The notes beneath the pieces are model-generated. The model searched no databases, was not told the DNA's origin, and saw nothing but the letters and a program-made list of their open reading frames with translations. Source: Thecamonas trahens ATCC 50062 (taxonomy: Eukaryota > Protista > Apusomonadida). From it: 64,000 nt of DNA. Below, piece by piece: positions 53,253-62,345 of this stretch. How positions within the stretch are numbered: position 1 is the first letter of the stretch; every line of letters begins with the position of its first letter. Made by a program: the position numbers and the translations under genes. Location of the stretch: NCBI RefSeq assembly GCF_000142905.1, contig NW_013657662.1, positions 1 to 64,000 of the forward strand, given 5' to 3'.

Positions 53253-54692
53253 ATGTTCCGCATGGGGACGAGAGCATGGGTGGGAATGGGACGATGGCAG
53301 AGCTACGGGAGAGGAGGCATGTGGCGAGGTGACGTGGGTGTGCGTGGACACGCTGGGCATGCGCACGGCTCGCTGGTGGCGACGGGAACGAGCCCGCACG
53401 ACGAGTCGGAGGAGGAGCGGTCTGCCAAGGCGAGGGTGACCTGGCTCGGTGTTGTGGCCAATGTGGCGCTGGCGGCGGCCAAGGGCGGCGTGGGCATGGT
53501 GGCACACTCGCCGGTTCTGGTGGCAGATGCGGTGCACTCGGTGTCGGATCTGGCCTCGGACGCCGTTGTCCTCATCGGATCGCGAGTGGGGACAGCACCC
53601 GCCGACGATGGCCACAAGTACGGCCACGGCCGGCTGGAGACGTTGGCCACGCTGACGGTGGCTTCGTTTCTGGTGGCGACTGGCGGGGCGATTGCCTGGA
53701 ATGGCGCCGAGGCGCTGCTCCCGCTGTGGGGGCTGATGACCGACGCGGCCGGGCAAGCTGCCGACGGACACGGACACGGTCACGGACACGTCCACGGCAT
53801 TGTGGGTGCTGAAGCGGTGGCTGATGAGGGTCTGGCGGCGAGCATGTCGTCGTCGATGCTTTGGCTTGGGCTCTCGACCGCGGTTGTCTCGATCGCCACC
53901 AAGGAGTGGCTGTACGCAGCGACGCGCAAGGTGGCTGACAAGTTTAAGTCTGAGCTCCTACTCGCCAACGCGTGGCACCACCGGACCGACTCGCTCTCGT
54001 CGGTGGTGGCGCTAGTGGGGCTTGGCGGGGTGGCGGCCGGCCTGCCTTGGCTTGATCCGATCGGCTCGATGGTGGTCGCCGGAATGATTGTCCACGCCGG
54101 CGGCTCGATCTCGATATCTGCGCTCCGTGACCTGACCGACTCGACGGTTCTCTCTGCCGAGGAGGCCGGCGCGCTCCAGGAGGCAATGGAACAGGTGTCG
54201 GGTGTGCGCGCGGTGCGCGAGCTGCGCCATCGGCGGCTCGGCTCGTACCTCGTCGGGGACGTCACCGTGCAGGTTGATCCACGGGCGACCGTGTCCGAGG
54301 CACACGTGGTAGCCGTGGCGGCGCAGAGCGCGGCCATGGCGACCATTCCCATGCTCAAGGACATGGTAGTCCACGTCGAGCCGTACGGCATGGGCGATCA
54401 CGACCACGCCATGCTCGATGAGCGGGTCTTCCCCTCGTCGCTCTCACTCGAGACGCTCAAGGCGACGGTGGCCGGCGCTGTGCCAGCGGCGGTGGCGGGC
54501 ATCGCCAGCGTCTCGCACGTCGAGTGTCATGTCGAGGACGGCGGCCTTGCGCTGACCATCACCCTCGAGCTCGATGACAGCGAAGCGTTGGAGCCGGTCC
54601 GGGTCGTTGGCCACGGCGTCAAGCACGCTGTCCACGACGCGCTCGGCGAGACAACCGTCATCCGTTCTGTCGACATCCACTTTGAGGGCTGA
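53253..54692 (+). CDS. Cation diffusion facilitator (Mmt1/2-, MTP6-like, probably mitochondrial)
   Basis: LVADAVHSVSDLASD, YGHGRLE, His-rich loop HGHGHGHVH, ANAWHHRTDSLSS, C-terminal dimerisation domains (VHVEP); Arg-rich presequence followed by RGHAGHAH. Confidence 0.92.
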   Translation: MFRMGTRAWVGMGRWQSYGRGGMWRGDVGVRGHAGHAHGSLVATGTSPHDESEEERSAKARVTWLGVVANVALAAAKGGVGMVAHSPVLVADAVHSVSDLASDAVVLIGSRVGTAPADDGHKYGHGRLETLATLTVASFLVATGGAIAWNGAEALLPLWGLMTDAAGQAADGHGHGHGHVHGIVGAEAVADEGLAASMSSSMLWLGLSTAVVSIATKEWLYAATRKVADKFKSELLLANAWHHRTDSLSSVVALVGLGGVAAGLPWLDPIGSMVVAGMIVHAGGSISISALRDLTDSTVLSAEEAGALQEAMEQVSGVRAVRELRHRRLGSYLVGDVTVQVDPRATVSEAHVVAVAAQSAAMATIPMLKDMVVHVEPYGMGDHDHAMLDERVFPSSLSLETLKATVAGAVPAAVAGIASVSHVECHVEDGGLALTITLELDDSEALEPVRVVGHGVKHAVHDALGETTVIRSVDIHFEG

Positions 54693-54822
54693 CGACGGCA
54701 AGACAGACGAGAGCAACAAAGCCACAAGGCCGCGGGTTTATTGGCGAGGCCCGCCAGCGGGCGTCACGGGGACGCGAAGACTGGCGGGACCGGGCCACGG
54801 GGCAGGAAGCGAGTGAAAGAAA

Positions 54823-55927
54823 TCAGTAGCCAGCGCCGGCGAGGTAGTCGGCCAGGTTGAGCACGTCGTTCGACGCGTTACCGGGCTGCTGCTCACCCTC
54901 GAAGACACCGATGATGACGGTCTGAGCAGTCTTGGCCAGGACGGCACCGCCCTCCTTCTTCTTGGTAAGGATGAACGGAACCTCCTCGTCGAGGTTCTTG
55001 CGGAGCACCTGGTACTTGGTGCCGGCAAGGGTCACCGACATCGACGAGTCAGTGAAGAGGCCAGCAGCCGCGACCGACTCGGTGAGCTGCAGTCCACATC
55101 ACACCACACCGCACAACAGAGTGAGTCAATTCCGGGGAGGGGGGAAGGGGTGGGTGGGTGGTGGTGGTGACGGCTGCCGGGGCAAGCCACTTGCAAAACT
55201 AGCAAACGAAACCAAAGAATATCCCAAGAAAAATGGGCACGCGCTTGCGACCCAACGGACGGTGACGTCACAAGAGAAGGGGTGGGCGGGAGGCGAGCAG
55301 GGAGGGGTTGGGGGTTGGGGTTGGAGTTCGGGGGTTGGGGTTGGGGGTTGGGGTTGGGGGTTGGGGTTGGGGTTGGCGGTTGGGGGGTAGGGGAAGGCAA
55401 GCAAGGCGACCGTGCGGGAGAAGGCTCGCACGCCGGCTGGCCTTCATGAATGAATGACCTGCATAAATTGAAGAAACTGGCATCGGTCGCGAGGTGGGCC
55501 AGCGCCGTTTCGCCAGAACTAGAAATTGACCTGCTGCGGTTGAGGCGAGTTGCGAGCCGAGGGAGGGGGAAGGAGCTGGAGAATGGGGCGGAGAAGGCCA
55601 TGGAGTGGTGGGCACAGCGGTGGTCGCGGGCGAGGCCGAAAGAGCTGTAGGTAGGGAGGCGAGGGCGGGACAGGATAGGCGGCGAGGAACATGGCGGCTC
55701 AGGGCCGCTTGCGGCAAAAAAATGGTCGGTGCTCAGCTCGACGAGCGAGCGGTGTGGAGGGGGATGGGCAAGGCGTGCGAGAGCCATGCCCCAAGGAACT
55801 AGACAGAGGAACGTACGTTGAAGTTAGCCGACTTGGCCCAGATGGAGCCGTCGTGGCCGAGGATAGCACCGGAAACGGTGTTGCCCTTGGCAACGAGCTG
55901 GTCATCAACGTAAGCCTGCCACGACAT
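54823..55927 (-). CDS. Profilin (~124 aa); exons 55927-55817 and 55086-54823, 730-nt intron
   Basis: [12 protein letters not shown]...[17 protein letters not shown] | [11 protein letters not shown]...LAGTKY...[15 protein letters not shown]...[10 protein letters not shown]; GTACGT donor, CTGCAG acceptor, phase 0. Confidence 0.93.
55304..55387. repeat. Degenerate (GGGGTT)n tract in the profilin intron
   Basis: More than 10 G4-5TT units on the + strand. Confidence 0.8.
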
Positions 55928-56332
55928 GTTTGTAAAGGATCGAAAGTGGGGTGTGCACTACGTTTGTCGTATCTCTCAGCAAAGCCTCAATATTGCTCTT
56001 GTCACGCCTGCGTGGACCGAACCGATCGAACCGACTCAATCGACCCGATGGACGCCATCGACTCAAATCGAGCTGAACCTACAAACGCACACAAAGGGGT
56101 GGACCCACTTCAAGCCCTTCCTCATCCTCACGCCATGATGGGTAATAGAGTAGCCTGAACAGGTGGGGCTTAAATCCCGCTCTAATCGTTGCATCTACCG
56201 CTTGCATGGGCCACGTCGATGACTCGTCCGTCTGCCCAAGGCGAGGGCAGGGCGAGGCCGAGAGCGCCACACGGGCTGGCCTGGCCACCAGTCACCGGCC
56301 ACCGCACTCGCCCGCTAACGGTTTGCGTCATC

Positions 56333-57763
56333 ATGCCCAAGGCGCGACGACGGGTGGGACGACAAGCGCAGCACGTGCGGATGCTGGAAGCAAAGCATGC
56401 TCAAGCGGCCAAGGAGCGAGCGCTGGCGTTGGAGACTCGGAAGGAAATCGAGCTGTTTGAGCACACCACCGGCCAGCGGCTCGTCGAGCACCCCGAGTGG
56501 GTCACCGATCCCTCGCTTGTCCTCGAGTCGATCGAGCACCCGCACACTGCCGACGAGTTCTACTCGTACTCGTACTCGGCTGCACCTGTGCCTGGCAAGT
56601 CCCGTAAGCCGCATCCGCCGCCCTCGGCCAACCCTCTCGCCGCCGCCGCCGCCGCCGCCTCGGATCCGCGCCCGCCGCGGTCGGGCAAGGTCTCGCACGC
56701 GCTCTCGCCGCGCCTGGTGCGCACACTCGCACCGCCTCCACCTTCCACCCTCCGCGCCGCTGCCGAGGTTGCTGCCGAGGCCTCGGCCGCTGCAGCCACC
56801 ACTGCACGGCTGCAGACAGCGCTCGGCCCGGCCGGCCGCCCGTGGACGGCGCCGTCGGCATCGTCTACCCTCGCCACCGCTCACTTTCCGCTCGGCGCCC
56901 CACAGCATCTCCATCACCATCCGCATGCTCGCGAAGCATGTGCAGAGCTGCACAACCCGCTCACTCGTGGCCTGCGTCACACCCGCATCTTTCGGCACGA
57001 GCCGGCAAGCGGCAGCCAGCAGGCACAGGCGCAGGTGCGGGCGTCGGCCGCCGGCGCCTCGGCCACCGCGCCGTCGTTCTCGGTCCTCGAGCCGATCTTC
57101 TTCTCCAACGGCGCCAAGGCCGGCACCGCCGCGCGGTCCGAGCCGGTCCAGCATCCGCGGCCGTGGGGCGGCGTCCGCCAGCGTCGCATCGACAAGCCGT
57201 CGGAGCGTCTGTACCACGCCCAGCGGCGGTGGGCCCGCGAGCGGGCCTCGGTCGCCGCTCACGACTCGGCCCGCTACCTTGCGGCCAAGGCACCGTTCCG
57301 CGCCGAGCTGAAGTCGTCGCTGCGGGCGCGCCGCTCGGCCCGGACAGCGCTCGAGCTCGCCATCGGCGCCCCGGTCGCCGTCGCCGCCTGGCGCGCGTCG
57401 GAAGGGTCGCGATCGTTGCAGCGCCGCGGCGCCGCACGCCCGCCGCTCTCGCCGCCGCGAGGGCTCAAGTCGTCGTACGCCGCCCGCGAGGCCCGCAAGG
57501 AAGTCGCCCAGACCCGCCGTGACATGGAGGCCTTTGACGTTCACCTCCTCGAGCTCAAGACCTCATCCATCTACTCCAAGATCACCGACCGCGACTTCTC
57601 CGAGGATGACTGGGGCCTCGGCGAGACCATGGGCAACGATCGTCCGCCGTCGCGCCTCACGCCGCGCGCTCAGGCCTTTGCCGAGGCCGTCGCCATGGTC
57701 GGCGTCGGCGATGACGACGAGGACTTTGGCTACGACAGCTACGACGGCTCCGACTCGGCATAG
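56333..57763 (+). CDS. Hypothetical protein (basic/low-complexity, acidic tail)
   Basis: Long ORF with genome-typical codon usage from ATG 56333; no recognisable domain. Confidence 0.65.
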   Translation: MPKARRRVGRQAQHVRMLEAKHAQAAKERALALETRKEIELFEHTTGQRLVEHPEWVTDPSLVLESIEHPHTADEFYSYSYSAAPVPGKSRKPHPPPSANPLAAAAAAASDPRPPRSGKVSHALSPRLVRTLAPPPPSTLRAAAEVAAEASAAAATTARLQTALGPAGRPWTAPSASSTLATAHFPLGAPQHLHHHPHAREACAELHNPLTRGLRHTRIFRHEPASGSQQAQAQVRASAAGASATAPSFSVLEPIFFSNGAKAGTAARSEPVQHPRPWGGVRQRRIDKPSERLYHAQRRWARERASVAAHDSARYLAAKAPFRAELKSSLRARRSARTALELAIGAPVAVAAWRASEGSRSLQRRGAARPPLSPPRGLKSSYAAREARKEVAQTRRDMEAFDVHLLELKTSSIYSKITDRDFSEDDWGLGETMGNDRPPSRLTPRAQAFAEAVAMVGVGDDDEDFGYDSYDGSDSA

Positions 57764-57818
57764 CGCCGCGGCCCGCGACCCGCGACTCGCTTGCTGGCTT
57801 CATTGAAGAAACAGACGG

Positions 57819-59787
57819 CTACTCGGCGTGCTGCGCAGCGCGGGCGGCGGCGGCAGCCTCGGCGGCGGCCCGCTGCTCAAGGTAGCGGCGGAGCTTGCGC
57901 CGGCGGGCGTTGGTGAACCACGACGAGATGCGGGCAAATGGAAGCGCCGTGAGCGCGGCAAGCTCGTGCTTCTCCTCCTCGGTAGGGTACGGGTTGTCGA
58001 CGTGCGAGAAGAGCCAGTTGTCGAGGATCTCGGCCTGGGCCTGCGAGAGCTGGCGCGACTTGTTCTTGCGGAAGACTGACTGCGAGCCCGAGCACTCGGA
58101 GCAGTGCCACGAACCCTCGGGCGCCCGCTCGAGCGGCGGGTTGAGGCAGAACGTGTGATACGCCTTGTCGCACGCGTCACAGAAGAGCATCGCCTCGTCC
58201 GACGCCGAGTCGCCGCACACCTTGCACGCCTTGCAATCGTTGCACCGCCAGTCGAACCGGTCCGTCAGGTTGTCCACAAGCTGCGCCGTCAGCCGCAGGC
58301 ACTTGCCGTGGAACACCTTTTCGCACTGCGAGCACGTGAGGACCTGAACCGGGAGCGGCGGCAGCAGGCACGGCTCGCCGCAACACTGCGCGTCGACGTC
58401 CCACACCGTCACGCACCCGCCCGACCGCAGCGAGCCCGCCGCCGCGGCAGACCCGGGCTCCAGCACCGTGCCCGATGCCGCGCGCGCCGCGGCTGCCGCG
58501 TACTGCCGCGAGCCCTTGGAAAAGGTGGCGTACTTGACCCCGTTGGTCGCGTACGCCACCGTTGGCGAGTCAAACGGCTCCGTGCCCAGCGGCGCCCACT
58601 CGCCGCGCAGGTGGTGCACAATCATGTGCGACCGCAGGTATGCCTTGGGCCCCGGCACAGGCGTGTTGCACGACGGCAGGAGGCACATGAACCCGATGCC
58701 AGACTCCATCTTGGCCGCCGCAGACAGATCGTACCACACGTGCGAGAGCGTCGTCTTGGCTCGCTCCTTCAGCTGCTCCGCCTTCACCCCAGGTACAAGC
58801 GGAAGGACCTCCAGGCCCGGGAAGAAGAACGCCTCGCGCGTCACCCGGTACCCGGCCTCGGGCACCGCGTAGCCCTTGCGGACCGAGTCGTACACAAAGG
58901 TCTCAAACACAATCGGTACGTCGTCGTCGAGCACCGCCGAAATCTGGTCAAACGTCACAGAGAGCGGCACCACGTAGTACACGTGAGGGACCTTGGCATA
59001 GACAGACTCGTACTGCGTCCCACCGTACGCGTAGATGAGCCGCGCCACGCTCGCTCGCCCGTACGCGAACCCGTCCTCCGGCCCGTGGTTGGCAACTACA
59101 AACGCAAGCTCGTCAAGCGGCGCGTACGAGACCAGGAACCGCTTCTCGGCAACTAGCATCGAGTACTGCAGGCACTCAAAGATCCAGTCCTCCGAGACCA
59201 CAGGAATGCCGGCCTCAGACGCCGCGGGCAACACAAGGTCCGCGTACCCGCCACCAAACACCACATGCGTCGCGTCCGGCGTCTCCGGCCCCGTCAGCGA
59301 CGGCACCACAATCCCGCCAGACATCTCAATCAGTCGCTCCAGGTCACCGGCAGAGAGCATGACAAAGTCAGTCCCAGCAAGGACCACTACCACACCCTCG
59401 AGCACCGGCCGGACTCTCTCACTTGCCGCACCACCACCGTCCTCGCTCGCCTTGACCACCGCTTGGCAGGCCTCGGGCGCTGGGAAAGACGCATTGTACG
59501 GGCGAGCAAAGGGCACTACACCACGAACAGGCTTGTCTGATGGCAGATGATACTCCAGCGGAACGGTAGCGTAACCAGCAGCGAGACTAGTCCGCATGAC
59601 TCGCTGTCGGGCCAAATGTTGCGAGTACTCATGAACTCTTCCCACCACCTCGGCATGCTCCACCACAGGCACCACTTCCACTTGGGTATACTCTCTCTTG
59701 ATGGAAACGTCCTTCCTTTCTGTCCCTTCCCTGCTTGTCCGCTCCCTTCCTCCCTGCTTGCTTGCGGCACTCTGTCCATGGCTTGGC

Positions 59788-59823
<36 letters not shown>

Positions 59824-59852
59824 CCACGTCCACGACGTCCGCTACCAGCCAT
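57819..59852 (-). CDS. RS-rich / tandem BRCT / C2H2-like / double PHD / TALE homeodomain protein
   Basis: BRCT (LEGVVVVLAG..LERLIEMSGG..ATHVV..IPVVSEDWIFEC), second BRCT-like repeat, CLLPSC..HMIVHH, PHD pair (CSQCEKVFHGKC; WRCNDCKACKVC..MLFCDACDKAYHTFCL.PPL..APEGSWHCSEC), TALE homeodomain (LDNWLFSHVDNPYPTEEEK..ISSWFTNARRR). Confidence 0.88.
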
Positions 59853-59940
59853 ATTTCCTAGACACTGAACAGAGACAGAGACAGATTGTGTGGGTATGTG
59901 TATGTGGGGGTGGGGGTGGGGGTGGGGGTTTGGGGGGGGG

Positions 59941-60040
59941 NNNNNNNNNNNNNNNNNNNNNNNNNNNNNNNNNNNNNNNNNNNNNNNNNNNNNNNNNNNN
60001 NNNNNNNNNNNNNNNNNNNNNNNNNNNNNNNNNNNNNNNN
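59941..60040. other. Assembly gap (100 N)
   Basis: Run of N between G-rich and C-rich tracts. Confidence 1.
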
Positions 60041-60158
60041 CCCTGACCACGCTCCCGATCCCCCTCCCCCCACCCCTGTCCTCCTCCTCCCGCCAACACA
60101 CAGTGCGACTCAGTGCCCCCCCCCCCCCCACCTCACCCCACCCCCACCCACCACTGCC

Positions 60159-62339
60159 ATGAGCGACATAGACAACGAGGTGCGCAATTCGTTCCGCAGT
60201 GCCCTGCTCGACCTCCGCAGCATCGACGTGGCTTCTGTGGGTGCGGTTCAGAGCTTGGCTGGTGACCTCGTCGACCATGCCGCGGTCGTCCTCGAGGTCA
60301 TTGTACAGCACTTGAAGGTCTGCAAGCCAAAGTATGCTCTGCCATCGTTCTGCTTGATTGATGCTATTCTCAAGAGAGTTGGTCAGCCGTACATCGATCT
60401 GGTGGCTGCGGACGTGGAGCATTGGCTGCCTACCATCTTTGCTCGCCTCGACTACGATGCTCAGATCGTCGCCCTCAAGATCCTCAGGGTCTGGTCCGAG
60501 AGGAAGACGTTCGAACAAGTGTTTGTGGACAAGCTCATGGCCCTTGTCGAGCCGTACAAGCTCATTGCCTTTGATCAGCTGCCCAAGAAAAAGCCTACTC
60601 GTTTTGGCCCCTCGTCGGCAGAGTTGCTGGCCGCAGGCGCGGGCTCGCGGCAGGACTTTGCTGCAGACGCGCTCCGTGCCCAGGCCAATCCGGTCGCCAT
60701 GGAGCTGCCGCGCCCTATCTCGGTCTGCCCTGGTCCCCCGTCGCGCTCAGTCCTTGCCCGCCACAACTACGGCCTGCCGCCGCGGACCGAGCGCATCGCT
60801 CCGCATGCCGTCCGGCTCGACGCCGTCACCGCCGCCGCCACGCGCATCGACTATCTGATCGACCAGCTCGCCAAGTGGTTCCGCTCGCCGACAGCATTCA
60901 TACCTCGTCCCGACGGCGCACCTTCGCTCGACCCAGCCCTTGCCGCGCCTGCACCGTCGGCCGGCTCGACCGGCGCGCCCACGCAAGCTGCAGCCTCCTC
61001 GGCGCCGTCGGCCGGCGCGCCCGACCTCCTCTCCAAACTCTCGTCGCTCCTCTCGTCGGTCTCGTCCAAGACCGGCAGCGCACCGGCTGTTCCGCCGCAG
61101 GCCCAGCCGCAAGCCCAGCCGTTCCAGCGGATGCCTCCGGCGGCGGCGCAGCCTTACCCGGGCCCGCCGCCGTCGTTCCCGGCGGCAGCCCAGCCGTATC
61201 GTCCGCCGCCGCCGCAGCAGCATCCCCCGCCGCAGATGCGGCCCGGCCCGCCGGGCCAGAGCATGCATCCACTCGATGTCATGGCCCGCAACCGCCAGGC
61301 TGCCATGCATCGCCCGCCACAGCACATGCAACGCCACCGCCCGCCTCCCGGCCCGCCGCGTCTTGCACCTGGCCCGCAGCTCCCACCGCCGCAATTCCCG
61401 GCTGGCATTCCGCGCGGCCGCCGCCGTCCGCTCCCCGGCCCGCCGCGCCCACAGATCCGCCCTCAAGCCCGCCCACAGCAACCGCTCCGTCCGCTCCCGC
61501 CTCGCGACGTCAAGCCCAGCGTCGCCGCTCTCCCCCCACCACCAGGCACCGCCCGCGCAGGCCCGCCGGCCTCGGCCAAGGACCTGCTCTCCAAGGCCGC
61601 CCTCCGCCGCCCGGTCGACTTTATCGTCAAGCGCCTCTACAACACCGCTGCCAAGCAGTGCCCAACCTGCGGCATGCGCTTTGTCGACCACTCCAAGCTC
61701 GACCCGCACATGGACTTTCACTTTCGCCGCAACCAGCGCCTTGAGCGCCGCGGTGCAAACTCGCTCGCCCGCGCCTGGTTCCTTACCCCGCCCGAGTGGC
61801 GGGCCTCGGCCGGCGATGACTCGCGCGTTGTCACCACAAAGGCCGCCTTCTTTGCAGAGCCCGAGTCATCGCAGCCCGCGCTAGCAAGCGTCGCCGGCGA
61901 CGCCGTACCCGCAGCTTCATCTGCTGCCGTCGCATCTGCCACGCCTGCCGCGCCGTCCGATCCCGACGACGACCCCTCGCTCGACGTCGTCGCCGACGAA
62001 GACAACCCGAACTGCGGCTTGTGCGGCGGTAAGTTTGAGAACCGCTGGGACGAGGACGAGGAGGAATGGCGCGCCATCGGTTCGTGCATCCTGCCCGGCC
62101 GCCAGGGCCTCTTCCACCGCTCGTGCGTCGCCCAGGCCAACATCGGCTCCACCGTTGTTGTCCCGGCCGCCGGTAATAGCGCCGGCTCTGACTTTGTCAC
62201 TCGCGTCGCCAAAGTCGACCTCTCCAACATGTTCTCGTCCGCGGCCTCGACCGCCACTCCTGCCGACACCCGCAAGCGCACCCGCGCGGCCGATGAGCCG
62301 ACCGACCCGCGCAAGCGCGCAAAGCCACTTTCTTCGTAA
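60159..62339 (+). CDS. PCF11: Pre-mRNA cleavage/termination factor Pcf11
   Basis: N-terminal CID (LPSFCLIDAILKRVG.PY), C2H2 finger CPTCGMRF..HMDFHFRRN, Clp1-binding RAWFLTPPEW, C2HC finger CGLCGGKF..WDEDEEEW..FHRSC. Confidence 0.93.
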   Translation: MSDIDNEVRNSFRSALLDLRSIDVASVGAVQSLAGDLVDHAAVVLEVIVQHLKVCKPKYALPSFCLIDAILKRVGQPYIDLVAADVEHWLPTIFARLDYDAQIVALKILRVWSERKTFEQVFVDKLMALVEPYKLIAFDQLPKKKPTRFGPSSAELLAAGAGSRQDFAADALRAQANPVAMELPRPISVCPGPPSRSVLARHNYGLPPRTERIAPHAVRLDAVTAAATRIDYLIDQLAKWFRSPTAFIPRPDGAPSLDPALAAPAPSAGSTGAPTQAAASSAPSAGAPDLLSKLSSLLSSVSSKTGSAPAVPPQAQPQAQPFQRMPPAAAQPYPGPPPSFPAAAQPYRPPPPQQHPPPQMRPGPPGQSMHPLDVMARNRQAAMHRPPQHMQRHRPPPGPPRLAPGPQLPPPQFPAGIPRGRRRPLPGPPRPQIRPQARPQQPLRPLPPRDVKPSVAALPPPPGTARAGPPASAKDLLSKAALRRPVDFIVKRLYNTAAKQCPTCGMRFVDHSKLDPHMDFHFRRNQRLERRGANSLARAWFLTPPEWRASAGDDSRVVTTKAAFFAEPESSQPALASVAGDAVPAASSAAVASATPAAPSDPDDDPSLDVVADEDNPNCGLCGGKFENRWDEDEEEWRAIGSCILPGRQGLFHRSCVAQANIGSTVVVPAAGNSAGSDFVTRVAKVDLSNMFSSAASTATPADTRKRTRAADEPTDPRKRAKPLSS

Positions 62340-62345
62340 ACTTGT

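Noticed and set aside
59853-60518. ORF track extends the homeobox gene and Pcf11 through the N gap (also 22522-23457 for RNase II)
   Set aside because: The frames are open only because N codons contain no stops.
26351-62339. Functional cluster of mRNA-processing genes (CDK12-like, Cwc15, Pcf11)
   Set aside because: Spread over 36 kb among unrelated genes; expected by chance in a compact genome.
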